A stretch of 64,000 bases of DNA from Rhodosorus marinus CCMP1338 (Eukaryota; Plantae; Rhodophyta). The DNA is taken from assembly GCA_029953675.1 (NCBI GenBank), contig JAMWBK010000009.1, positions 496,001-560,000 on the forward strand, in the 5' to 3' direction. The notes below the pieces were generated by a model, which saw only the letters and a list, made by a program, of their open reading frames with translations, made no database searches and was not told the DNA's origin. The position numbers were made by a program, and so were the translations under genes. Below, one piece after another: positions 15,001-27,861 of the stretch; the first letter of the stretch is position 1, and every line of letters starts with the position of its first letter.

Positions 15001-18000
15001 AAGGTTAGCTTAAAGGCCAGTTTTCTTCTCGAGGCAGCGAAAGTGGAACTCTTGGAAACGTAAGAAGTACGAGTCACTGTCCCTTTGACCTGGAACCAGT
15101 CAAATCTCAACTCTACGTCCTCGTTTTGATCTCTCAGAAACGGGCAGCCAGCAATACTCTTGGTGTCAGACGGGCTGTCTATCCACCTAAGGAAGGGCCC
15201 CTCAGAACTCTCGGGCGATTTCGTCATGAAAAGGATATCATGCACAGGTGGTCAGGATATGATTTTTTCTGGTGGAGCGTTGTCGTCCGATGATACTGGG
15301 ACGGACGAAGGAGACGAGGAATACTTCTTCCGAGTATGTTGGAAAGTCCAAACAGTTTGTTAGATGTGACACCGTCTAAGCGGCCAATTGGTTCACTTCC
15401 GAGCAGGCTGAGACGTCGTTCGACCCTGTCATGAAACACTACCGAGTTTTGCTTCGCGCAGAATCTTTAAGAATTCTGTTGATTCCAAGAGTGATTTCCG
15501 GAGTTGTGGAATTCTTAAAACCAGACGATCTTTCTGGAACGGACGTCGCCGACAACAGGCTCTCATTACCAGCGGAAGCGATGAGGAAAATCCCGTCGGT
15601 ACGTGCATACCGAGTAGAAGCCGTGGCTTGATACAAACCACTGGTATGTTCTTGAATCCTGACTATCTCGAATTATGAATTGCGGTTGCTCCCCGTCGTA
15701 GGCGATCAGCGGCGCACAGCCAGTTTTCCAAGAATTTTCGTCCTCGATTTCGGTGGACTATAACTTCAGAAACTTCGAGATAGTTGGAGCGCTCTTCGAT
15801 GATACGCCGTTTGCAGAGGTTCGTTCCACAGAGTTCATGGCGAGATCTACACTGTCAAAGGAGAAGGAGGCTGATTTCCGGGCCTCGGTATGGAAAACAT
15901 CGCACAGAGCACAACAACATAGGTTCTTCTACTGAGGACTATTGCTACCCTTTCCCATTGGATGAGATCAGGTACAAACTTTTCACCTACGGGATCTTCT
16001 GGCGAACCAAGAATCATTACGAGAAATCGTTTCTTACGCTCATAGAGACAGCGAGGAGGGTTCCGATCTACTGAGTGTTACCTATGATAAGCAAGCAAAG
16101 AAGACGCTAGCTCGGTTCTTCATGCCCAGGCCGCGTCTCGTGCTCTTGGGTTCATTCTGGAAACAACTCAAGAGTTTCCCAAGCTCTCTGGTCTCAACGC
16201 CAGAGGCGACCACCGAACAGGAGAACGAGGTAGAAACAGAGGATGATGTAGATGTCGAATTGCAGCCTGTCCCATTCGAGTTCGAGGTAGCTTGTTCCGA
16301 CCTAGCCCTGATCTGCAGTCCGTTTTCTGAGATATGGTGATCTTTTAGGTTGTCTTCGAAGAGGTATACGCCGTCCTTCCGAGGACGTCTCGCTGTGCTA
16401 CTGAGGGCCTCAGACTCTTGTACGAGAAGATTAGCATTACTAACGCAAAGGACGTAGATGACTCGCGCACCGTGGAGGTTGTTAAGATGAGCGTGCGAGG
16501 CGTACATGGCGATGTCTTCTTTTTGGAAAGGCCTGGGCAGGAACCGAGTCATGCTAAGTTTCTGCGTATGGAGAACGAGAATATCACCACCGTTGCATCA
16601 ACCTGGATTGAATCCGATGAGATCGAAGGGTGCGCCAAACTGCGAACTTCATTACTGAGCAAATGAGAGATCTTATCCAGAGCAATCCCGGTTCACCTGC
16701 GCAGGAAGGAGTACGGGTACCAGGTTGTGTCTGACATTTCAGAGTCTGTCAAAGTGTCCTTCAGCGAGGCGCAGTACACTGTTTTCGTCTTATCGGTCCT
16801 CGACAACGCTGCCGAAGTCTACCACCGTTCTGCAGACGTCGATACAACCTCGAAAATGCGAGCAGGTTCTTCAACACCAATGTCCGTGCTGCTGAGAGTG
16901 AGCAATCTAGAGGTTGGTTCGAAATTAGTGTAGCGTCTACCATTGTATTCCAGCGGAATGAACCGTGGGAAAGGAATTGTCCAGAGTCCCTGAACGCTTT
17001 GCTTTTCCTTACGTTTCGCAGTTGGCACTTTTCAAGGGCGTGTCCCCATCTCAGAAGAATTCTCTGATGAGCTTCATTGCAACCAACTTCAACCTTCGAT
17101 CATTCACTAGCAGCAGTGGGAAATACAACACATACGTGACCGCTCTGAACTGTAGAATCCAGGACTTGAGAAAGGATCACTTCGCCGCTGAAAAGTTCAT
17201 TGTAGATAGACGACCGCGTCTGGGTGGCCATCTCGGAGGTACGGTCTTGGCAACGAAAGGCTTCTGGTGACGGTTTTTAATGCCAAAGTTTTGTTTCTTT
17301 GGTCAACTTTTTCAGGAGCTGACAGTGAGGAGCAGATGCTTGACTTGTACTATAGCAACATGCAGAAGGGAACACCAACGTTCAGGGCCACGCTCGCATG
17401 CTCTCGGATGCTCTTAGTTCCTCCGTTGATGAAGGAACTGGGCAAACTTACAGCTGTTGGAGACGTGTACTTGGAAACATCGGAGGACCCACGTGTGTAC
17501 GACTTCGAGGGTATTGGCCTAGACATAAAGTTTCGCGGAGCCTCGTTAGGCGTATGCTCGTGCCGGAATGCGACAGACAGAGACGCTCTTCTTGTATCCG
17601 GAGACTTTGACTTCGAAGCAATCCTAAATGCAGATAAGGGAATTGACGATGCGTCGATAAAGCTCCAGGTGGACTCGATCGAGGCATCGTACAACGTCCT
17701 TTCAAGTGACACAAGCGTTCGACTCGTTTCCCCCTTTTCAACCCAGCTTACTCTGCGGAGCTCACATCTTAAAGCTACAGTCTCTGGGCTAAGATGCTGC
17801 TTGGACGTCAGAGATATGCCCGTTGTGGCGGGCTGTTTGAACAGACTTTCGGTAAGATCCGTAAGATCCTGCCCGTGATGAAAAACCGCTTTCTTTTTCT
17901 CAGGGACACATCCGGATTCACGTTTTCTAGGAATTTTCTTCAGATTCTGAGGAAACAGAAACCGGCAATCAATCAAGCAAAGTGGACCCTAGAGCTTTGG

Positions 18001-21000
18001 TCACAGCCTCAGAGTTCAGCTTTGCTGACTCGAGACTTCTTGTAACTGAAATGATGTCGCATGGTGCATGCATACCCTGTGTCGAGATCAGAAACGAGAA
18101 TTGCGTAGTTGTCAATTCAAAGGCTCAGCAGAGTTCAAAGCTGAGTGCGGACGTACGAGCGCGAATTTACGAAAGGGACTCTAGCCGATGGGTTCCTGTT
18201 CTCGAGCCTTGGGTACTCGAATGCGAATTCCGCTCCTTTCAATCGGAAAAAAGGGTGTACCTATCTTCTCCAATGCTCATGAATCTGAACATTTCTCCCG
18301 GCGTTATTGGCACTGCGACGGCAGTTAAACGCGCGTACCAAAGGTACGCCGGCTGCATTAGTCGAGTGAGTAGACAAACTTCTGATGCCGCCTCGTTCTG
18401 ATTGTTTTTCGGTGCTATGTATCCTTTGCTTTTGAGCAGCGCAAATGAGATTATCATGTCGAGCCCAATGATCGGTGACGATCTGAATGCATGGTTGAGA
18501 CGTCCGAGTATCGCGGCTTTCGTCTTGAGAAACAAGAGTGGCATGCCCTTGGAGGCATCCTTGGTTCTTTTTGGTAGTACTAAGAAAAGGTTGTGGAGTG
18601 CTCCTCTGGACGGTGTGTGTGAGGTCGAAGTTCACTTGCCGTTTGACGATGACCTGTCAGAGGAAGTAGCATCGTCAGAGGGTTCTCACGGGAGGATGAG
18701 ATGGGAATTCTCTTCGCCGAACTATTCAACTGTTAACGTGCCGCTTCAGGAAGGTGCGAAACACCCCTTTGCACTTTATCCAATAGATCGGAGTGCACGG
18801 GAGCAAATGGGGGATGTTGCAGACCAGGTTCGTGAAACGCAACGCTTTGCTCCCGCTCTCAATTTGGACAGCATGATATAGCTTAATAGGCTGACCCTGT
18901 CTGTGACTCTGCAGGCGTTACTTCTGTGGGAAGTATCATCTAAGAATGGAGTTCCTGTTGCCACGCTGAAGTCAGATCTTACTTTTACGAACAATTTTGC
19001 AATACCAATGGATGTAAGGCTTTCTACATCCGAACTCTGGAAGAGCTCATAAAGCCCAGCCATCGGGCTTCTTCTGCAAGGTATCTCGTGCTCACTGAGC
19101 AACTGCTTTCGTCGTCGCAGGTGAAAGTGGGCGACGAGGATCAGGGGGAGGTACTCTTCATCGAACCAGAGCACTCCATCTCGATCCCTTGTCTTCGAAC
19201 GAACCAGCCCGTTTATGTGCGCCCATCCCGAACGGAACTCGTCCGCATGAGGGAGTATGATTGGTCCGTCGCAATTAGCAAGGCGCACTTCACAAGAAGC
19301 GAGGGGCAGCGACTGCTTAAGGAATTCTCGTTGTTGCTCACGGAGGCCGCGTACCACGGTGACAGAATGTATGTCCAAGTGAAGGCAGAGATTCCTGCTA
19401 CAGACTGCGTGAATATCACTCTGCGACCCACCCTCGTTCTCGAAAGTCGGCTTCCCAGAAGTTTCCTGTATGCTTTCATCCACGAGAAGGATGGCATGCT
19501 TACCAGTGGCACTATTGCGCCAACTGAGTCCGTGAACCTCTACGGCCTGAGAAGCGATCTCCGCAGTGTGCGACTTTCAGTTACGTACGACAACAGTGCC
19601 TCTGGGTTCCAGGACGCGACGTACTCTCTCAGCATAGGCTCAGGTGAGTGAATGAAAACAATCACTCAGTGATTCGCTTCTTCTCACTGAACTTTTGCTA
19701 CTTCCCAACATGTCGCCGCGCGGACGTCGCTTGCGCGCCCCATCAAGGTACTGACCCCAACGCGTTGCTGTCGACGTCATTGGAGCATTTTGACGGTGTC
19801 AAGCTTGTTGTCTACGCAAGGCTCTACATCGAAAATCGAAGCGACATGAACTTTTTCTTGCAGGAGGGGTTCACGTTTAGCCCGCTTCCTGCCCATTCTT
19901 TCGATGAGCGAGAACCGACGGTTATTATCGTGAACGCGAAGCGACCGACACTTGCTGTGGGACGACCTGTTCCCGAAAACTTTTGGACTCTACCGATGAA
20001 CGCGGAGGATATGACAAAGCCGTGCGAGATACCAGCTTCTCCACTCTCTCTGCTGGTTCACTCTCGTCCTTCCCAACTATATGACAAATCTGTCGAGCTG
20101 GTAATAATGAACTCGATGTGGATGGACAATCGTAGTGGATTCCGTCTGGAATACTCAGGCTCATTACCGGATACAAGCGGCATAGTGGAAACCGGTCGAG
20201 TGGTCCCCCTGCGGCTAGGCAAGAGTCGAAAAAACGTAAGGCCAAGCCCGCAAGTCAGTGCACCCTAGCCGTCGATTGCCGCTCTGGAGCGTAATCCATG
20301 TTAACGATTCCGGGTGTATTTGCCCCTGCACAGGTTCGCGTGAGACTTCGACCATGCGACGGATCGTGGGGTTGGAGCTACCCGGTACCGTTTAATCCTA
20401 TCGGCGAGCTGCCTATGCTCTTTCGGCAGATGGAGTTTCCGGACGTCTACATTGCAAGGCTTCAGATCTCCAAGACAACCTGGGGTGCGCGAGTATTGAT
20501 TGTCAAGCCCGAGGACCTGGAGCATCCTCCGTTTGTTGTGCATAACGCATGCGAATCAAAATATATTGTATCTTTTAGACAGGTATGGGTTCTACGCTCA
20601 GGGCAAGGCGCCTGCGCGCCCAAAACCAGTACTCGATTAACTGATTCGCTGAATCGAGACGTTTATTTGTTGCACGATGACAATAGAGAGGAACGCATGT
20701 GAGTACTGACTGTAGACTCCGCTCTGGGGAGTTCATCCGATACGCCTGGGATATCCCCGACAACAAGGAGTATAGGACGCTGTTGCTGAACGTTGCTGAC
20801 TTTTCGGACACCGACGGGGCATCAATCGAACTGAACATACAGAAACCCCAGACGCGTGTTCTCACTTCCAGGAACGATCAACAGTTTATCGTATCGGTAT
20901 TTTCCAAAGACGCTACCATGCTGGTACAAGTCTCCCAAGCGCAAGGTAAACCGTTCCATCAGACTGCTTCTTTCGTAGCTACCTTCATCTAATGCGGTAG

Positions 21001-24000
21001 GCTGTCTCTTTCAGCTTCTGAGACCGAGTATCGGAGGGATCTTCATCTGAACTCTCGTGAAAGCAGTGCGATTCCCGTTGTGGATTGGGACGAAACGTTT
21101 TCCAGGCGCTCGTCGATCGGAGCTGACCCCGGAGATAACCTCGGACCTATTTCTGTACCACGCATTACTCGCCCGGAGACTTTGGATGACGCACCGATCA
21201 GCAAGCTCGAAAATACGCTATGCGATCTACTCAAGAGGACCGACATTGACTCACCGAGCAACAGTCCCATTTTACCTGCGTCCATGCCTACTGTTGTGAG
21301 CGATGGACTGGGAGGCCATGAACTTGCTCGCACTAGCTCGTCTGAGGAGTCGCCAAATCTCTCAGTCAGAGTATCCATATTCTCTGTTGGCATTTCGATT
21401 ATCAGCGGAGAGCCCCAGGAACTGTTGTACATTACGCTTGTGAAAGCGCAGGCGCACTACGCGCTGCTTCAGAGGAGGGAAATAATGGCTCTCAGTGTCG
21501 CAAACGCGCAGATCGATACTCAGCTAAGCAGCAAAAAGTGGCCGGTTCTTCTGCATTTCCCACCAAACGTTGCCCAGTCGTCGACTCCGGTTGTACAGCT
21601 CTCCAGTATCAGGTAGAATCTTACCCCTCGTAAGTGACCACGTTGATTCTATTGACTTATCTGACCGATTGTCTCTCGTTGACGTGTGTGAAATAGGAAT
21701 TTTGCTTCACAGACAGACATATTGAGGTTCCGCGGACTGTTTCTGTCAATTCAGAAGTTTAAGCTCTTTGCTGATGAACACATCGCGTTAAAACTGGTCA
21801 GGGTGTTAGAGGAGTACAGCTCCCAAATCTCAGATGTTCGCTCAAGAGCGAGTTTAGAGTGGGAGCTCATCCACTCTGCGAACGTGACGAGGGTTCAGAT
21901 TGACAAGTTACTGATAAATCCGCTGGACGTGACGCTTTCTTTCTCGACGTCCAGAGCCGTTCCAGTGAGTTAACGTTGAAAAACTTGAGAGCTCGCTCTT
22001 CCAGTGCTGAGCTCGCCTCGTTCTGCTCGCATCACGATGGTGTCTTCAGGTCAAAACATCTCTTCGATACAGGCTCTTGCTGCGGCCGATTGTCTCTGTC
22101 TTCGGAAACGTTGAGAACAACAAGCTCAAGTTTGAATCCATTGACCTGGAGGGAGTTTTTGACACAACATCACATCTCAATACGTTGCTAGTGAAATACT
22201 ATGCGAACTCCTTCGCAAAGCAAAGACTGCGATTCGCTTCGTCCTCTAAGCTCCTTGGTGATCCGGCTGGTCTCTTCGAAACCGTCTCAGCGGAGACTAA
22301 CCACGTGTTCTTCTCGCCTGCGGAAGGGTCTAAGAGTGAAGACTTTTTAGTGAAGGTTGGTGAAGTCTCTGGCGGATTCGCTGCCGGATTTCTGGGCTCG
22401 GTGAAGGGCTTCACTTCTGCGGTATCGGAGGGAGTGAGCGAGCTCACTGACGACGAGTTTTATCGACAGAGAGAGTTAATTCTAAGAGGAAACAATGAAA
22501 TCGTACTTCCCAGCACCGGCTTCTACAGGGGAGCCATGAACCTAGGACACGGTATTCAGAGCGGACTAACAGATCTTGTGGCGGAACCGTGGCAAGGTGC
22601 TATGGAAGGTGGCGTGGGAGGGTACGATTCATTTTGTTTATCTTCGGTCGTCTCCTGGACGGCGTGTAAATGGGCATGCATTGGTTCTCACTATCGTGAA
22701 ATTTTGGTTTCTCACTGTGGCCAGGTTTGCCGAGGGACTAAGCCGCGGGGTCACCAGTGCGATCACGAAACCTCTAGTAGGCGGAATGGACATGATTGCA
22801 CTACCAGTGGCGGGCTATATGAATCTCATCACAGTCCCAGGTCACATAGGCCCCGATCCCAAAGTAATTGCTCCCGTCCGGCCTAGGCGCCTGTTCGCTA
22901 GCAATGGAAACTTGCAGCCGTACAATTGGAGAAAATCCATAGGGCAGGCATTGTTCGAATACGTTAGCTCAGACGCTACGCTGAAGTCCAATGGGTACCT
23001 GGTTGGATGGACGGAACTTTCCGATGACGTAGCTCGCGCAGATACTAACTACCTTGCGAATCTGTGGGGCGTGTTCTCGGGGTAAGCTATGCCCTTTGTC
23101 CCATCCATTTCCGCAGAGGCGTGCTGGGCGTGCGTTCTCACCATAAGTGCTGTTCCGCTTTCCCGTGACCAAGCTTTCTCTACAAAGGGACAAATCCACT
23201 GCAGTCGACTGGAATGAAAGGACTGTGGTACAAAAAGCGACTGGCAATTGTATTGAGCGATGCGTTACTCTTCTTGACGTTCACTGGAGATCGACTGTGG
23301 ACATCGCCCCTCACGGATATTGAAAGCGTTCAGACCTCAGACTACGACCAGAGGAAAGTGTTGATTCGTGTTCCATCCAACCCCAGCCTGTCCGCGGAGG
23401 TCAACTGTGTCTCCAATGAAGCGAGGGAAAATCTGCTACTCTATTTATCAATGGCAGACCGACGGTTTGCGGCTGGAGGAATTAACCCATCACCAGGTGC
23501 ACTAGGTAGGACGGCGCAGCACACTGACGTTCTTGAAACATTTCGAATACGACGTGTTATCTAACTCCATTTTATGATTTTGCAGAAGCTGACGAGGATT
23601 CGGTGGGCTCTTGGGAGGACATGGCTGTTTCTCCAACGTATCCTGACTTATCAATGCAGATTGTCATTGTCAATGAAACCTCGAAAACCTTCAGCCTTGC
23701 AAAGGACATGCTGAGCGAGGGAGAATGGACTGTGGAACCGCCAACTACTGTTAAGTCATGGGATGCGTGTACGTTCGAGGCCAGAAATGTTTCCAAGGAT
23801 ATACGCGGAATGCTTGAATTTGGGAGTGATGGGTAAGCACGACCGCATGAACTTTTTCGGATGGCTTTTCTTTCCTAGTTAATTGAGGTAATCCAATTTC
23901 TCGCTCGTCATTGCGCGGAGTAGCGACAAGGGATCCCTAGTTCTGAGATTTTCGAATAAGTTCCCGCATCCTTGCGAATCTTCACTGGAGGCACCCAGTG

Positions 24001-24218
24001 ACATTGTTCACTCATTCGATCAGGTGGATAGTGAACAGTCACTTATGACGATTATGCTAACAGAACGAAGTTGCGAAGACCGTAGTGCGGAGGTTGTTGA
24101 ACAGCTCCAGTCGATGGGATTTGATCAAGACGTAGCCCAAGACGCCCTCGCGAGGGCTAACGGAGACATTGGTGCTGCCGTGGAGATCCTCACTGCGTTG
24201 AACGTGGCTGAGACCTAG
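12016..24218 (+). CDS. VPS13: VPS13 lipid-transfer protein, many exons, with C-terminal PH, aegerolysin-like and UBA domains
   Basis: Chorein-N start MFESLISDVLERVLGQYVEGITRDKVSVGVWQGALKL; VAB-type repeats (~19.1-20.9 kb); GISIISGEPQELLYITL and QIDTQL (Vps13_C/APT1 region); ATG2_C-like GFAAGFLGSVKGF; PH-like 23214-23505. Introns 23506-23585 and 23833-~23923 extend the frame to TAG at 24216-24218. Confidence 0.9.
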
Positions 24219-25125
24219 GACGAATCAAGATCCGCTTCATTCGTTCGAGGCTTCCAGGACAGCAGGAGCGAACTGGAAAATTTCTCATTAAGCTCCGAAT
24301 TGCTTGTCTGACAATATACAGAAAAGACAAAGCGGGTAGGGTGGAAGAGCTTCTTGGCTAAGAAAACGACCTCGGCAGCAGCAACATCCAGTCAAGAAAA
24401 TAGGTCTGTTTCCCCTGCGAGGGGCTGATCTGTTCGATGAAAGTGCATCCTCTTTTCGTTTTGAGGAAGCGCATTTGTGCTCTTTTAGTCTTGAAGCGTG
24501 CTGGGTCGGATAAGTCCAGCAAGCGCAGTTCATACCCTGATCTCTCGTACGCTACGACTAATTAGAAGTCTGTACAAGCTCAACTCTGAATTTATAAATA
24601 AACAAACGACTGCGATAGTGCTCAACCATGCCGCCTGCATGACCTGCTAAGGCTTGAAGGGCCGCTGGGAAACTCTCGAAGCTCTCCCAGAGGCACCAGA
24701 GACTGCCTCGCACAGGATTGACTCTAGCGTAGGACTCCGTAGATTGGCTACCGAAGCAGCTGCAAGCCCGACGTAGAACCGTACTCTACGGATTTGCAGT
24801 CGGGCAACGAGGACGAGTGAACAGTACCACCCCAGTACGAGTGGACCTGTGCTGCGAACAGTTCTTGGCTTTAAAGCAATCACACATGGTACATGAAAAA
24901 AGCTCCTGATGCACAGGAGAATCGTGATCTGCTCGTCAGACACGCAAATTCCCATAAACGACTTCGAGCTTCCCACGGAATGATTTCATATGCTCACTAG
25001 GTCGATGCATAGGATTCGGCGCACTATTGTTTGGAGGGGCGAGATCAGTAGGAGGAGTTGAAGGGTGCTAAGGCGAGAACTGTATCTACTAGGCGAGTCA
25101 TGCGCTTCGATTCAATGATATCAGA

Positions 25126-26296
25126 ATGGAGGGTCTGATCTATCACGAGCAACAGACCGGGCGTTTATGTGGAGTGCACGTGATAAATTGTCTTCTTCAA
25201 GGAGAGTTTTTCACTGAGATCGAGCTAGGAAACCTTGCTCAGGCGCTTGACTCAGAGGAGCGTGCGTTAATAAGCAACGTTGATGGAGCTCAAGCGACAC
25301 CAACGGAATCAGCAAATGTGTCTACGGACGGAAACTTTAGCATACAAGTACTCTCGCGAGCCTTAAGTAAGTGGTCATTGGACTTGGAACCCGTAGCGAA
25401 AGCTTCCTTGGGAGATGGATCTCTTGTTGCAGAAGCGTATCTATGTCATAGACAGGACCACTGGTTTGCCATAAGGATGATCAATTCGAAATGGTTCGAT
25501 TTGAATAGCTCGAGCGAAGCTCCGCAGCTCATATCGGAGTTCTATCTAAGTGCATACCTCGCTTCGCTCATTGATGAAGGTAAGCAAATTCCCAGCGCCC
25601 CATAGTTCTTCGGAAGCGTTCTGGGTAACGTTCGATAGAACGGTCGATTTAGAGTTCGATGTAACATTCGATGTTTTAACATTCGATGTATATTCGATGT
25701 AACATTCGATGTAACATTCGTTGTAACATTGCGTGTAGCACGATGTAACATTCGGTTGATGTAAATTTCGATGTAACATTCGATGTACATGTAACATTCG
25801 ATGTAACATTCGATGTAACATTCGATGTAACATTGCGTGTAGCACGATGTAACATTCGATAACATTCGATGTACCCCAGTCGATGTAGCATTCGATGTAA
25901 AATTCGTTCTAACATACTTTGTGGCATTGCTAGCACTGGTTGCAACGTTCGTTTGTATAATTGTCTAAGCGTTACGTTTAAAAAAGCTTCTTTTTGAATC
26001 TTCTTGAAATAGGATGTATCATGTTCTCCGTTTCCGGAACTTTCCCAAGCAACGATCCGCTCCGGGGATCGGCCACCTCGTATGGAAAGTGGTGGACGCT
26101 TGAGGCGATCGAAGACGTGAAAAAAAAGGAGGGTCAAATTCGTTCAAAAGATTCCAAGAGGGATGAGGACGAGCAGATCAGAGAGGCGATTTTAAGAAGT
26201 ATGAACGATGGAAACGGGACGAATTTAATGTGTTCAGAAGAGGACCCAGAACTCGCAGCGGCCATTTCAGAGAGCTTGAAAGAGCCACGAGGATGA
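25126..26296 (+). CDS. ATXN3: Ataxin-3-like Josephin deubiquitinase with two UIMs, 2 exons
   Basis: IYHEQQTGRLCGVHVINCLLQG (catalytic Cys), DHWFAIR (His), WFDLNS (Asn). Intron 25580-26012. UIM-like DEDEQIREAILRSM and EEDPELAAAISESLK. Confidence 0.9.
25655..25915. repeat. 12-bp tandem minisatellite (TTCGATGTAACA)n inside the ataxin-3 intron
   Basis: About 20 degenerate units; the variant block CATTGCGTGTAGCACGATGTAA occurs twice. Confidence 0.9.
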
Positions 26297-27054
26297 GACG
26301 TAGGTTCTGATTGTCCATTCAACCATCGAACACAGCGCGGTGCCTTTGGAAGTAGTCGCCTTAGAAGGAGACACTGTCCATGTCTGTGCCACACGTAATT
26401 TTCATGCGTTTCTTCCTTTTCGGCAATTTCCGACTTTTCTGGATTGCTGGAACTGGTGAAAGAAGCAGATCCGTGAGGCTCACCATCCTGCGGGTTGAAT
26501 CTGTTGGTTTTGCTGCTTCAATCGAAAAACTCGTTCTTACAAAGATCCAGGTCTGACTATTCGTTTGTTCTGGATATTTTTGCTTTTGGTAATGGTCTGG
26601 CGAAAAGCTCTTATGCCGGGAGCATAGGGGCCTATAGCTCACTGCAGAAGAACAATCCTTTTAACTGTCCTGGAGGGCGAGGAAGTTTGCCAAAAACGCT
26701 AGAGCTCTGACAACCTAGACCTTGACACAGTTCGCGTTCTTGCTGCGAGAAACTACAAATGTTTGCATCTACTCCCGAATTGCAAGCAGAGTTGGTCTTC
26801 GAGTAAACTTGAATTCATCCGAAATGACGAAGAGTACTTCATGGTCTATGAGAGCGCGTATTGAAGCGCGTCGCACAGGATGCATTTTTGCTCCAGTTCC
26901 AAGGACAAGTAGCGACACGAGAAAAGTTACCCATGCCAAACATAATTCATGACGCATCAAGGAACATTCCGGTATGGTCTTGACAGACAAGTGGAAATAT
27001 TCTGCCCAATCTGCGCGAGCTTCGAACGACAGCTGGTATCTGCATCAATGAGAC

Positions 27055-27307
27055 TGTACGTCCTGACCGAACAAGTCAGCCGCCAGGAGTGTAGCCCAAA
27101 ACAAGGCAAATAATAGATAAGTCTAGGTCTAATAATAGTACTCTACAAACCCAAGACATGAACAGGCAGCCTATAAATACGGAAGTTACGACCTTCCGTC
27201 TTAGGATTAGAGCTAGAGGAGGAGTATCCAAGATAGAAAAAAGATAAAACAGAAGGGAATTTAAGGTTGTTTTGGATCACCTACACGTGTTAACGGAGAA
27301 CGTGTCA
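27055..27307 (+). repeat. 5' LTR of element 1 (253 bp)
   Basis: TG...CA ends and TATA-like CTATAAATAC; 7 substitutions and 4 indels versus 31545-31793 by manual alignment. Confidence 0.95.
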
Positions 27308-27309
27308 AG

Positions 27310-27322
27310 TGGTCTCATCGCA
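27310..27322 (+). promoter_or_regulatory. Primer-binding site TGGTCTCATCGCA
   Basis: Lies 2 nt after the LTR end and starts with TGG (complement of tRNA CCA); the identical 13-mer is at 37854 and 40178. Confidence 0.8.
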
Positions 27323-27861
27323 TGAGTTGCGATTGAGGAACGTGAATGAGCCCAAAACCTGAAAACCAGAAAACCAGAACATCAGAAAAAAAAACCGACA
27401 AACAGAAGATGGCATCGCTAACCCCACAACATACAATAGTTAAACGAAGAGCAGCAGTAGGAAACGCCGACACTGTTGCTGATAAAGGCGTTCGGGTTCG
27501 CTTCGGTGGAAACTTCACGGTTACAGGGCTCTTGAATGGGAAGAAGCAACCCCTCCTGGTCGATACCGGAAGTAGCCATTCTGTTCTGCGAGGCATCCCA
27601 GACGCCACTCCAATAATCCCGACTCAACACGGGAGATTGGACACCGCTGCCTCAGGAGCATCAATTGAGATTTTGGGTGAAGCGAACGTAACCTTACAGC
27701 TAGGTGATCACTACTTCGATTGGCAACCCTATATTGTGGAAGAAGCCGCTAGCCCGGGGTACTTAGGGAGAGATTTCCTGCAAAAATACAAAGCGCAGCT
27801 GAATCTACACAACCAGACCCTGACCCTAAACCCAGAAGAACGATCTCCTACATTCGAAAAA

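Noticed and set aside
12860-19512. Long minus-strand ORFs inside VPS13 (e.g. 14751-15245, 17350-17976, 18776-19483)
   Set aside because: No domains; they are shadows of VPS13 exons.
24024-24218. UBA ORF as an independent gene
   Set aside because: It starts at GTG with no ATG or promoter space, and canonical splice sites link it in frame to VPS13.
25542-26137. Minus-strand ORFs with MLHR/NVTS/YIEC repeats
   Set aside because: They are translations of the stop-free 12-bp intronic satellite within the ataxin-3 gene.
27055-27330. Tf1-like self-priming of the PBS
   Set aside because: No complement of TGGTCTCATCGC is found in the LTR, and the TGG start fits a tRNA CCA end.
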